Position numbers and translations under genes: made by a program. Below, piece after piece: positions 12,625 through 25,111 of a stretch of DNA of 64,000 nt. Origin of the DNA: the human T2T-CHM13v2.0 reference genome, Homo sapiens; NCBI RefSeq assembly GCF_009914755.1, contig NC_060925.1; one strand, written 5' to 3'. The notes below the pieces were generated by a model. It was given only the letters and a program-made list of their open reading frames with translations, made no database searches and was not told where the DNA came from. Numbering within the stretch: the first letter of the stretch is position 1; every line of letters begins with the position of its first letter.

Positions 12625-12684
12625 TTGCTCCCAAATTAGCTTTGTCAACAGTTTCTTCTGTTCAAGTTGCAAACCACAAGAGAG
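12625..12684 (+). CDS. NTNG1: Netrin-G1 alternative exon (Ukd part 2, 'exon 7'): (V)APKLALSTVSSVQVANHKR
   Basis: Branch-like CTAAT 12591-12595, acceptor cctatccAG 12623-12624, donor G|GTAGGA at 12685; 60 nt, phase 1-1; peptide matches the Netrin-G1d insert as I recall it. Confidence 0.93.
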
Positions 12685-14639
12685 GTAGGAATTCTTGGAT
12701 TCATACAGTGATTTCATGGTGTTATGTGTTGTGAAACATTGCACTGTATGAATCTGGAATATCTGTGAAGTGTACCCATCAGCTTATTGGTGAGGCATGT
12801 TGACTAATATCAATCAATGCATCGAATAGTACTGAGAATCATCTGTAAGAAAAAAAAATGCTTCACTCAGAAACTTGACTGCAATTAAAAGTGTTACATT
12901 TGTTTTCTGAAAGATTCATGTGTGAATAAGAATTACAATGGTTGAGGTTCCTGTTTAGAACACGAATGTTAGAGCACTATCATGGATACTCACTTGCATT
13001 GAAAATAAGGAAACCCACTTACAGTGAGTTTCAAGGATGCTTTTCATGAGACCAGAAAGGCAGGTTCCATGTATGGTGCCCATTTCACTTTGTGACAAAT
13101 GAAACACCTTGGAATTTATGCTTCCAAAAAATTGTTTCGAATAACTTTGAAAAACACAAGTGAAGATCTGCACTGGATTAAGTGTTGCTTAGTATCCAAA
13201 AATAATAGTTATATTACTTTGTTTAAATGAAAGTGAGCAGCATCTCATCTGTGACTCATGAATGGCCCATTCCAGCTAGCATCTGTCATTCACAGAATGA
13301 AGATTTTTCAGGAAACATGAAGACTTCTGTTTTTATTTCACCATTTTTTCTTTAAATGTCCTGTGTAACAGGTGTGTCTTGTTTTCCACCCTTGACTGTT
13401 GGGCATATGTCACGTTTTAGTTTTGTTTTTTGTTTTTTCATAAAACACCTCTTACAAAGAAATGCATTTATTAATAAAATCTGAACTTAGTTTGACCCAT
13501 TTGGTGAAAATGACCATAATGTTTTCCTATTCTTTATTGAATTTAGTCATTTTCTAGATTTTAATCAATGTTGAATTTGTCCTTCCATGGCATATAGAGA
13601 AAAAGTGGAAACTGGTCAGGAAATGGGAAAAGGGAAACCAAGAGTATTTAAACCATATGTCAAAATTTTCTCAAATGTGCTTTTAACCGTGGAACATAGA
13701 AGATGCCAATTTGGGTTGAGGGGAACCCAATTAGGTTTGAAATTTTTGGAAATAAGTCCTGTATGAGAAGAGCAGATGCAGGCTCAGAGGGTAACAAATC
13801 AATTTGGGTATGTGGTGTGTCATATAGGCAGTCACTGAAGCCATCATAGGGATGCCATATGGAAAGAAACAAAGGAGGTGAAGGAGAAAGGAAGGAAAAA
13901 GCACATGCAAAGTTCATCTCTTTTCTGTCATGTCAAGCATGCTAGATATATAAGAGGCCTCTGAACCTGGAATTTGAACCTGCATCTCTAGTTTCTTGAG
14001 GACACAGCACCAATGAGGTCCAGACACATTCCTGGGGGCAGGGAGAAGCTACCCAATGAGGTAGACTTACCAGAGACAAATTCACATCATCGTCAAATGA
14101 TATGTGTGGAAGAGCTTCAACAGCTACATAAGGATGCAAGACAGGATGGTGGGTGGGGAAAAGACAAGGAAAATGCTAGAGCCTCTTAATTCCCAGAATC
14201 ACTCCATTTAATGCAGTGAAGGGAAAATTCTTCTTAGAGTTCCAACTCCTTCACCTTTGAGGTCTTTTTCTCAAATTCTTTCTTTTTGAATGTCTAAAGT
14301 GAATTTTAATCAGCTCTGGATTTGAATTAGCTTTCCTCATTTGGCCAAAAAAAAATCTACCTGTTCTAATTGTGCCACATTCATTGTATTTTATGTTATA
14401 TTTACAGAGACAATTTACTAATGTAATTATAGGCAACATGGGGAACAGTAAAAACGAGGATGCAAAGGAGAAATTGAATCCCCTCCTCTTAGTAACATTC
14501 TTTTTCTTTCATTCTCTGTGTCCAACCTCTTGATTTCCTGGAAATCTCATCTGCCCAGGTCTTCCCCAGCCAGTGTCAGTCAAAAGGAACCTTTTAAACC
14601 TTAGAGGGGACTTGGTCCTTTCCTTATCTAGAAAGTCAA

Positions 14640-15110
14640 CTTTGAACCCTTCCCCTTGTAAAACACCTCTAGCCTTCATTGCTCTTAACTGTCTAGGTAC
14701 TAAGTACTTTATCACAACTGCCTTCTATGTTTCAATATATCATATATATTACACATATATAGTATTTTTTCTATCTTCCCACTAGAAGAATAGTACTCAA
14801 TGGGGATGTGGGTGGATTTTGCCCCCCAGGGGACATTTGGCAATGTCTGGAGAAATTTTTGTTTGTCACAGTTTGGGGGTTGCTACCACATCTAGTCATC
14901 TAGTCCGTAGAGGGCCCAGGGATGCATCTGAAAAGCCTACAATGCACAGGACAGCCCCATACAACAAAGTTATTTGGCCCAAAATGGCAATCGTGCCAAG
15001 GTTGAGAAACCCCACACTAGACTCTGAAGGCCTGGATCGCATTCCCTTTGTCTTCTGGTACATGATGGCTGTACGTGGTACAGGGTAGTTCTCAATAAAT
15101 ATGTGTTGCC
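14640..15110 (+). mobile_element. L2 3' end interrupted by MER20
   Basis: tcttcccactaga...ctctgaagg...gttctcaataaatatgtgttg, typical L2 3' end split at CACTAGA. Confidence 0.65.
14788..15014 (+). mobile_element. MER20 hAT-Charlie MITE with 8-bp TSD
   Basis: gattttgccccccaggggacatttggcaatgtctggaga...gttgagaaacc; TSD cactagaa (14780-14787) / cactagac (15015-15022). Confidence 0.93.
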
Positions 15111-15474
15111 AATGGTTGCCATGCCACATTGTGTATACATACAGCTAAAGACCCCCTTTAGCTTTGCTTATACAACAGTAATAAAAGTTGTCTGAAATGC
15201 AATTTGACATTAAAAACTATATAAAACCACAGCAATTTTCAGAAACCTGCTTTTTCTCTGCCTAAGCTGATCTGTTAATAGACATGTAGTGAACTCTCAG
15301 CTAAAATAATCACTAACTCAGCTGTAGCTTGTTCTGTGGCTACTGTTTTTCTAAACTCCTTAATATATAGGATATAGCCAGATTCTCTTCAGGAATTCAA
15401 ACGATGAAGGAATGAATTTAAACATAACTTTTCTCTATCTTCCTCTGTTCCCCAAAGGAAGGGGTCTCAGGATC

Positions 15475-16620
15475 ATCATTCATTCATTCATTTGACAATA
15501 TTTTTTCAGTGCTTAGTGTATGCCAGGCAATATCTTAAGTTCTGTAGTTATAATTGTGCACAAAACAGACACAGTCTGCCCTTGAATATTTACACTCAGA
15601 GAGGGAGAAATTATTTTTGCATATACTTTTTGAATATTATAAATTCTATGAAAAAATATAAACAAGATTAGGAAATTGAGGGATTAGGGAATGTGGGTGG
15701 GGCTATTATCTCAGATTAAATGGTCAGAGAATTTTCTTTGAGAAGATATTTTAAAAAGAAATGGGGAAGCAAATAATGGAGATGTCTGGGGGTATTCCAG
15801 ACCAGCAAGTGCAAAGGCCCTGGGAAGTGCTTGGTGTGTTTGAAGAGCAACATGGAGGCACTGTGCCATGAATTAGGAGGCGAGTGCTAGCAATGAGCCC
15901 CCAGGGAGGACAGGGGCCAGGTCACTAGAGAATGAATGAACTCCTCTTTTATTCTGAATAAGATGTGAAGCCATTAGAATGATGAGCAGAGGCATGTCAT
16001 GACCTCACTAAAGTTTTGAAAGAGTCACTCTGTCTGCTGTGTGGAGATGACATTATCACAAGGGTTGAGGCCAGAAGAACAGTTTGGGGATGATGGCAGT
16101 AATCCAAGTAAGGGCTGATGATGCGTCTGAGGAAAAGGTGGTAGAGATGGTGAGAGGTGTAGGCTAAGCAGTTGGAGGAATGGAATAGTCATGTAGTGAG
16201 ATGGAGAAGCCTGGGTGAGTAGCAAGTTTAGGAAGGCAACCCAAGAGCTCAGTTTTGAACAAGTTAAAGTTGAAATGTTTATAAAACGTCCAAGTGGAAA
16301 TTCTTGGAAGGCAGTGGCACACAATGGATGACTCTGAAGGGAGTCTCACTAATTAATTGGGGAGTCAGTCCACCCTGGAAATAACTATTTTGGAATGGCC
16401 TGCATATAGACCATGGGGTTGGGTAAAAATCATCTAGAGTGAATGTAGAGAACAAAGAGGTCCAAGGATTAAACCTTGAGACATTTGAAGAGATGAGGAC
16501 AAAAAGCAAAAGAGAGAAAAAAGCAATGATGGGTAAGGAAGAAGAAGAATCAAGAGACTGTGGTGGCCCAGAAGCCCCTGCTTCAGGAAGGATTACCAGG
16601 CAGATCTGGGGACCCCATTG
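15475..16620 (-). mobile_element. L2 (L2a-like) LINE relic including degenerate RT coding region
   Basis: cattcattca 3' end; minus-strand ORF remnants RISTWTFYKHFNFNLFKTELL (cf. L2 DISTWMSNRHLKLNMSKTELL) and SNVSRFNPWTSLFSTFT. Confidence 0.85.
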
Positions 16621-16731
16621 AGGTTTATGGTCATGAACTTCAAATGAGACTTGTTTCTAAATGGCTGGAGAAAAACTAGCCACATTTAGCTACTGGGATA
16701 TGAGCATGAAGAGATGAAAAGTTGAATTTAA

Positions 16732-18748
16732 AAAAAAAATTAGATTCAGGGGGTACATGTGCTTGTGTGTTTCATGGATATTACATGCATAATGGCCGGG
16801 GATTGGGCTTCTAGTATACTTATCACCTAAATATTGGATTTAGTAATTACCAGTAGGTAATTTTTCAACCCTCAAACATCCCCCATTTTAGAGTGCTCAC
16901 AGTCTATTTTTTCCATCTTTATGTCCGTATGTACCCTTTATTTAACCCCCACTTATACATAAGAACATGCAATATTTGATTCTCTGCTTCTCTGTTAGTT
17001 CACTTAGGATAATGGCCTGCAGCTCCATCCATGTTGCTGCAAATGACATGATTTAATTCTTTCTTATGTCTGCATAGTATTTCATCATGTATATGCACAT
17101 TTTCTTTATTTAATCAACCATTGGTGGACACTTAGGATGGTTTCATGACTTTGCTATCATACATAGTGCTGCAATAAACATATTACTGTAGTTGTCTTTT
17201 TTATATAATGATTTATGTTCCTTTGGGTAGATACCCAGTAGTAGAATTGCTGGGTCAAATGACAGTTCTATTTTTAGTTCTTTGAGATATCTCCATACTG
17301 TTTCCCATGGAGCTTGATCTTATTTACATTCCCACCAACAGTATATGAGTATTCCTTTTTCTCTACATCCATGCCAGCATCTCTTGCTTTTTGACTTTTT
17401 AATTACAGTCATTTTGACTGGTGTAAGATGGCACGTTAGTGTGATTTTAATTTACATTTCTCTGTTGATTAGTGATACTGAGAATTTTTTCATGTGTTTG
17501 TTGGCTACTTGTATGTCTTCTTTTGAGAAATGTCTGTTCATGCCTGTCCCAGTTTTTAATGGGGTTGTTTGTTTTATTCTTGTTGAGTTATCTGAGTTCC
17601 TTGTAGATTTTAAACATTGGTCTTTAGAGGCATAATTTCTAAATACTTCTCCCATTCTGTAGGTTGTCTGTTTATTCTGTTGATTATTTATTTTGCTATG
17701 CAGAAGCTTTTTAGTTTAAGTCCCATTTTATTATTTTTGTTTTTGTTGTATTTGTTTTTTCGGTCTTCATTATAAATTCTTTGCCTAGGCTGATGTGCAA
17801 AAGAGTTTCTCCCAGGTTTTCTTCCAGGATTTCTATGGTTTCAGGTCTTATATGTAGGTCCTTAATCCATCTTGAGTTAATATTTGTATAGGGTGAGATA
17901 GAGGTTCAGTTTCATTTTTCTGCATATTGCGAGCCAGTTTTCTCAGCACTGTTTATTGAATAGGGTGCTTTTCCCCATTGCTTAGTTTTGTCCACTTTAT
18001 GGAAGGTCAGAGGTTGTAGGGTATGTGGCTTTATTGTTGGATTCTCTATTCTCTTCCATTGATCTATGTGTCTATTTTTGTACCAGTACCATGCTGTTTC
18101 AGTTACTATAGCCTTGTAGTATAATTTGAAGTCAGGAAATGTGATGCCTCTGGATTGGTTCCTTTTGCTTAGAAATGCTTTGGCTTTGGCTATTTGGGCT
18201 TTTTTTGGGGGGTGGGGTTCCATATGAACTTCAGGATTGGTTTTTCTGATTCTGTGAAAAATGACATTGGAAATTTGATAGGAATTGCACTGAATTTTAG
18301 ATTGCTTTGAGTAATGGGTGATTTTAACAATATTAATTCTTTCAACCCATGAACATGGGAAATTTTTTCATTAATTTGTGTTGTCTACAATTTCTCCTAT
18401 CAGTGTTTTATAATTCTCCTTGTAGAGATGTTTCATCTCTTCTGTTAGCTGTATTCCTAGGTATTTTATTTTATTTTGGGGGGCATGTAAATGGGATTGA
18501 GTTCTTAATTTGGTTTGCAGCTTGAATATTATTGGTGTATAGAAATGCTACTGATTTTTGTACATTGATTTTGTATCCTGAGACTTTGCTTAAGTCGGCA
18601 ATCAGTCTAGGATTCTCCTACAGGATCTTTTGGCTTTTCTAGGTATATGATCATGTTGTCAGCAAACAGAGATAATTTGATTTCCTCTTTTCCAATTTGA
18701 ATGCCTTTTATTTCTTTCTCTTGCCTGATAGCTCTGGCTAGGACCTCC
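16732..18748 (-). mobile_element. 5'-truncated LINE-1 (L1PB-like), about 2 kb, with TSD
   Basis: 3' UTR tagattcagggggtacatgtgc; ORF2 remnants GITFPDFKLYYKAIVTETAWYWYKNRHIDQW and NRHFSKEDIQVANKHMKK; TSD tgaaaagttgaatttaa (16715-16731) / tggagagttgaatttaa (18749-18765). Confidence 0.94.
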
Positions 18749-21009
18749 TGGAGAGTTGAATTTAACCAGCATCAACTTTTAACTGGGATCAAGATTTCCT
18801 TATAATTGGAGGGTGGAAGGCCAAGGGAGTATATAAAAGGAAGTGATTATAAGGATTGGACTATGGATACTATATAAGAAGAAATGGGAGGTCATGGGAG
18901 GTCAGTGATTTGAAGAATCAAATAATTATTAAACTATTAATATCATCCCTTCAGAAACTTAGTAGGATAATGCAACTCAAGCTGTACCTTAATAGGTTCT
19001 GTGCCTGTGTGGAAAGACCAGGTATTAAAAAGTAGGAAATTAACAGAACACCAGAAAATAATATAGCAGTTTAAGAGTCATATTTGAAATACTTTGCATT
19101 TATATAGTACTCTCATGTTTTTCAAATCACTTTCAAAGATCTGTTTCTTATTTTATATTCTCAAATATATTATGGCCAGAGATGACAGCTTTATCAAAGT
19201 CTCAGAAGAGTACTAGAAGTCTTAAAAGAATCAAGTTATTATTACCCATTTTCTACATCATAAAACATTTTAATGCTGATAAAACATTTAAAGTATCCAG
19301 TTATCATTTGAAATAAATTTATACTATTGCATGTTTAGCTGAACATGATTTCTTATACAATTATTTATCATTTCCTTTCTAAATTAATAAATTAGTTTTT
19401 AAACAAGACCCATAAATTGTTAATGTCCCCACAGAAATGTGTACTATTCATTAAATTCTAATAATAGTAGTGATAATATCACATTTAACATTTTTATAGA
19501 GATTCATGGAATGGGTCTTAAACTGTTGAACTTGGGTATCTTACAGATTTGGTTTTCTTACTCAGATAAAGTTTTATCAGGTAGATTAAAGCATGTAGTT
19601 CTGGCCATTGGGCAGACTCTACAGAATCCTTTAGGTACCCACAAAGGAACCATAGTATGAAAAGTCACCAGCCTTATTCTCTACATTTCCCTAACTTCAT
19701 ACCTTTGCCCACTCTTTACTCTATTACTTTCACCTAAAATGCTCATTCCCTCCTATTTTGTTTTGTTTTAATAAACTCTACCTGCCCTGAGGAAGATTCA
19801 GAGTGCACATCCTGTAGGACATTTTTTCTAATTCTCCTCCTGTTAAATGAAGTTCTCCTTCTACTTAGATTGCTTTATGTCACTGTTTTTTCTCTGCACA
19901 TACTATTTTTTTCTGGTTATCTGAGCATATGTTTTCTTATTTACTAAATAAGCTTCCAGGCCACAAGCTTATATGTAGCTGTAGAAAGCTCCTAGATGAA
20001 TTTTTGCACATAAAAGATGCTTTTGAACAAAGCTCTATTAATTAAATTAGATGTACCAAGAACCAACCCGGGTTAGGGAACATGAAGAAGAACAGCCAAT
20101 AAGAGACCTCTTCCAGAGGAGGCGACCCAGGGGCAGGGCTGTTATTGGCCCTCCTCAGGAATTCCAGGCAGTTCTCAAAAAGTCCTTGGGAAGCAATTAG
20201 GTTTGAGAATTGGGTTTCCTTCCTTCAACCACTGCTCTCAAAAGGCTCTAGTCCTGAAAGATTGTCTTTATTTCAAACTCTCAAACATAGAAGGCTCTAG
20301 AAGCCTTTCTGACTCCCTCAGAAGTCAGTAATGCCAGTATAAACAAGGCGTAACTCTGAGCGGTACAGAGGATTGGTGGGAAATGCTTGTTGTTTTACAA
20401 GAGATTTTAATTTAGTAATCTGTAACTCTATGATTATTGGTGGTAGTATTATTATTCACTTGGCATGCCTTTACTACTAAATTTATATGGATATTTCCTT
20501 ACACTGTCTCCTACATTGGAGTCTCAATGCCACCTTCTCCCAGTACTCTCCCTCTCCTCCATACTCGCCTCCCCTCTGACTTCTTCCTGTCCTCACACTC
20601 ACCCTTCTCTCCCTGTTCACGTACACATGGTGATACAGCTCACCTCAAATAAACGAAGTGGTTTGGCTTCAGCATCCCCCCTTTCTTCTTGCCTCTCTTT
20701 TAGCAACTGGGGTCCCGAAGTTGCTGACACTGTTTCTGGTTATCTTCTACTCTTCACCATTTGAGTATCCTCCTCTGCTTCTATCCAAATTTGATTTCAT
20801 TCCATCAGGACCTTGTTATCAGCTTCCTATTGTAGTAACTAGCTCTCTAACAAATGAATATGAACTTTTCTGATGAGTGGTAGCATATTAATTTTTTTAA
20901 AAGTTTAAAAGTTAGCCACCTCTTATTATTATTTACTTGGCAACACTTACTCATTTTTACTCTACTCATCAAAATATAATATTTGAAAAATTTTATATAG
21001 GCCAAAATA

Positions 21010-21101
21010 GTAACTCAACACCTAGCCAAGTTCCTGACACATAGGTAGACCAACTCAATAAAAATATTTATTGAATGAATGAATGAAAGAATGAATGAAT
21101 G
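21010..21101 (+). mobile_element. L2 3' terminus with (TGAA)n tail
   Basis: cctgacacataggtag...ctcaataaaaatatttattgaatgaatgaatgaa. Confidence 0.75.
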
Positions 21102-22133
21102 TGTTCAAATAATGACTGTGCTTGGCTTTCTAGTGGGATAAAATAAAAGCAAGACAGATATTGATGCAAGAAATATTTTTAAACAAACAAAATTTGCAGT
21201 ATCCTGGCTGACCTTCCTTATAAATGTCCAACTAGGCCTACCCTCATATTCCATGAAGACAAAACAGATACCCCACCTAGTTACCACTCACACTTTTGTG
21301 ATAATTATTTCTACCAACAGAGACTTTGTCATTATCATTTATTTTTAAAAGGTTGAATTGGATTTACAACTTCTTTCTCTAGTTGAGATGCAAGAAAGAA
21401 GAAATCTAGTCACCCTCCACCCTTCCCCAACTACTCTCATGCTCTTCTTCATCTCCCTGTCTAGTCATTACCACCATCACTCCTAAGCCTCAGAGACACC
21501 TCTAACATTTCAGAGAAACCAAGGAAAAGAAAGGTGGGGTTACAGTAGCTACCTAATTCTTCTTTTGTAGCAAACTATTCTTGAAACTTAAGAGAAAAGG
21601 AGGGAATCTTAAAAGCACCTTTTCGCACAAATTATCTCCCTGCTTTTTTTGTCTTCTCTCACACATATACATACAGATTTGGTCTGAAGAAAGGCTTAAG
21701 AAAGCCATCTTCTCTTAGCATTGGGGAAAAACAAAAATAAAGAATTGTTTAGTTGTCTAGAACTCTATTAAATTTGCCATGATGTATATGAAACCCCGAC
21801 TGAGTTGCTGTCTTGGCATGATGTCAGAGAGCTAAAGGAGCCATGGTGATGGTACTTAGACTCTCAATGCTCACACAGTCCCCTCTCACTTTTTTTAAGG
21901 CTGAAAAGATGAAAACAAGGGAAATGGTGCAAAGACACTAAAATTCTCCATCTGCAAAAAATAAAAATAATAGACTTTTTCATCACTAGAAACTGAGGCT
22001 TCCCAAATTTTAAAAGGTGTACACCTGCAAATGCTTCTGTTCATTTTGTCTGCCAAGAATTAACAATCTTCAGTCTTGTTCCGAATGTCCGACCTTTCTA
22101 TCCTGCTTGAAACAGATGCTATTTCCGTGCCAG

Positions 22134-22215
22134 TCACAACCACCTGTTGCCACCATGTGTTGTGTTGAATCACATATATGTAATGCCATTCCACCGTCTT
22201 TTCTCCATCCCTCAT
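22134..22215 (+). promoter_or_regulatory. YCAY cluster (NOVA-type splicing element) upstream of the LE2 exon
   Basis: Nine YCAY tetramers in 82 nt (22134, 22140, 22150, 22153, 22170, 22186, 22191, 22205, 22212). Confidence 0.6.
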
Positions 22216-22290
22216 TTTACCCAAGCATGTAGTATGCTATTACTCTGCTACTGTATACACTCTGTATACATTTCTGTTCTTCCTTGCAAG

Positions 22291-22458
22291 ATTGTGAATG
22301 CTTCGGCCACTCCAATCGATGCAGTTATATCGATCTGCTAAATACAGTCATTTGCGTGAGCTGTAAACACAACACTAGAGGGCAGCACTGTGAGTTATGC
22401 AGGCTGGGCTACTTCAGAAATGCTTCTGCACAACTGGACGATGAGAATGTGTGCATAG
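22291..22458 (+). CDS. NTNG1: Netrin-G1 laminin-type EGF domain 2 exon ('exon 8'): (D/N)[55 protein letters not shown]
   Basis: Pyrimidine tract tttctgttcttccttgcaAG, donor G|GTCAGT; 168 nt, phase 1-1; 8-Cys LE pattern; NAS sequon. Confidence 0.97.
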
Positions 22459-22594
22459 GTCAGTTCCATTACAATTTCAGCTATTCTTCTGTGCCTTTTG
22501 AGCTACGGGGAGATATTTAGGGTGGAGAGGCTGGCGATTTGCACCGCGGTTGAGCCAGAATGAACTTTCTCAATGTAGAAAATATCCTATGGTA

Positions 22595-22618
22595 GATTTC
22601 ACTTGTGATTTCACTTGT
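22595..22618 (+). repeat. Perfect 12-bp tandem duplication gatttcacttgt x2
   Basis: Direct reading. Confidence 0.9.
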
Positions 22619-23634
22619 ATTGGTTGAAATCATAGTTGGGGGATATACTTTGAACCCTTATGTTGTTGCTTTAAATATGATGATCTCAGAAATCATGTTA
22701 AAGAAATTAAGAATTTTCTTTCTTCCCGTTTTTTGCTTTTGTATGAAATTGTAAAACCTGATGATTCTGAACTGATCTTATAGCCTTAAACTTAAGGCTA
22801 TACATTCAACTTTCAAAATAGAAACTCATTATATGCGATTTAATTATAGATATGAAAAATTAGGGTACAGATTCTTGCATATAATTGGTGATCAACGAGT
22901 ATTGATAGATTGAAAATGTTGCTATTTGAGATTGAAAATGACTAGCAACTGGAAATGTAAAAGTTTGTCTGACTTCTTCATCCATAGCAATGAAATTCCA
23001 TTTATTGAATTTTCCTACAGCTCCCAAAAAGGAGGAGTAATTTCTCAAAAGTATTCTAGGCAACTAATTATCTTAGCCCTGGAAAACTGCGTCCACAGAG
23101 GCCCCTGAGCACTTTCCCTTCCCTCCCCACCAATGACTACTGCTCTTGGCACCTAGGGAGGACCAGGCACCTTTCCCACCCAGAAAATCTCCTACCTTTT
23201 ACATAGTGAAACCTGTCTTTAAGAATATGGGGGTGCCAATGGAAAAATAAGAAACAATAAATGGAATTTCACTTCATAATTCACTCTGAAGCAATGCATA
23301 TATTTGAAATGCTGAAAAATATATGTGTAGCCATTACCACACCAGTAGGTAGCTATATAGGCACCCAGTTTTAAAGGTAGACTTTTTCACATTGAGGTAC
23401 GTTCAATAGGATACACAAGCTGAATAATGACAAGCAATCTTTTTATCAAGAAAAGAAATCCAATTCGTATTTCTGTGATCATTGTCCTCTGATTGGATCG
23501 TCAAGATCCAAGTGTCACAAAAAAAAGCTGTTGAGTTGTTTTTAATCAAATTGGGCCAAGTATATATAATACTGTTGGTGTCTACAGTACTTTCTATATT
23601 TCAAAGCATCTCCTTATTTATTATTTGTCAATTA

Positions 23635-23810
23635 GGAGAGAAAGTACTGGACTTAGAGGCCAGAAAGCTAGGCTCAAATTTCCGTTTGCTAGCTCATGGC
23701 TGTGTGCCATAGGTAAGTCATTTGAGCCTTCTAGTCAGAAAAGGATAAATGGGATGCACAGGAAACCCTTGGTCAACTGTGAACTGGCTTGCAGATGTCT
23801 TGTTTTGTTT
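23635..23810 (+). mobile_element. MIR SINE
   Basis: gaaagtactggacttagaggccagaaagctaggctcaaat...ggctgtgtgccataggtaagtcatttgagcct. Confidence 0.7.
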
Positions 23811-24802
23811 TTACTTAATCCTCATTAACAAAACAGTGGGGTAAGTATTACACTAATTGTTTCCCCTGTCTTGTCATTGAGAAAAGTAAGGCAGATTGAC
23901 CCAAATCTTACAGCAAAGGGTTTCTGACTTCAAAGCTTAAACACTTTCAACCACTGACACAATTAGCAAAGCTAAGCTTGTCAGACTTTTACTTATGGTA
24001 TGTGTTTTGGATGACAGCAGCAATTCCACTCTGAGTTTATGAACAGAAGTTCAATTGTCTTCATAACACTTGGGTTACAAAGATTTGAGGATATTAATGA
24101 AAACCAAAAGACATGTAGTTGTCTGAATTTTGAAGGCAGAGTACATTTTACTGAATGTCATTTATAAAAATATATAAATGTCATGCTATAGATAGGTAAA
24201 CACCAGAAAAACTAAAATAAATAGGAACACAGGATAAAAAACCTAACCATTTTTACATAAGATTAAAATGTTTTATAATATCTAATATGATTTTAAATCA
24301 ATCTAAAAAAGTCCTTAAAAGGAAATATTTTATTCCATAAAATTTCTCTTATCAGGTAACTTAACAATATCACAATATATTTTATTCAGAGTATTTTATT
24401 ATTATGAAGTTTGGCCTTTTTTCCAGTTCTGAAGTAAACTGTGAACTCCACATCTGCTTCTTTCTATCCAGTTTTAAGAGGTATAGTTCAGTTGTAAATC
24501 CATATTTGATTATCCACAGACTAGAAAACAATCCATTCAGTGTCTGTCTTTTAAATCAGATAAACTACAGAAGAAATATGAAAAAGATATCAATTTTGTA
24601 TTTATTTTTACTTTTAAAAATCAAGAAGAGTTTTCCTCTCCATTTCTAGAAAGTTTATTAATTAAAATTATAAACTTTTGGAAAATTCCATTTTATCGAG
24701 GTAAACCTGTTTCTATTTAGTATTTTGTACTTGAAACCAAGCGAAGTACTTGGTGAACACAAAGGAGTGCATTCCTAGGTACTATTAAAGTTAGCTACAT
24801 TA

Positions 24803-25111
24803 GGCCAGGTGCAATGGCTAATGCCTGTAATCCCAGCACTTTAGAAGGCCCGGGCAGGTGGATCACTTAAGGTCAGGAGTTTGAGACCAGCCTGGCCAAC
24901 ATGGTGAAACCACATCTCTACTGAAAGAGATAAAAAATTAGCTGAGCGTGGTGGCCTGTGCCTGTAATCCCAGCTACTCAGAAGGCTGAGGCAGGAGAAT
25001 CAGTTGAACTCGAGAGGTAGAGGTTGCAGTGAGCTGAGAGAATAGCGCCACTGCACTCCAGCCTGGGCTACAGAGCGAGACTCCATCTCAAAAAATAAAA
25101 TAAAATAAAAA
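24803..25111 (+). mobile_element. Full-length AluS (Sx/Sz-like)
   Basis: ggccaggtgcaatggct...ctccatctc plus (TAAAA)n tail; decayed TSD ttagctacatt / ttagctagatt. Confidence 0.95.

Noticed and set aside
17345-18223. ORFs with L1 ORF2 similarity
   Set aside because: Fragmented relics of a truncated L1, not a functional gene.
22284-22520. ORF track's 78-aa standalone protein (likewise 28163-28348)
   Set aside because: The apparent starts are intronic; the true coding parts are the spliced exons 22291-22458 and 28206-28340.
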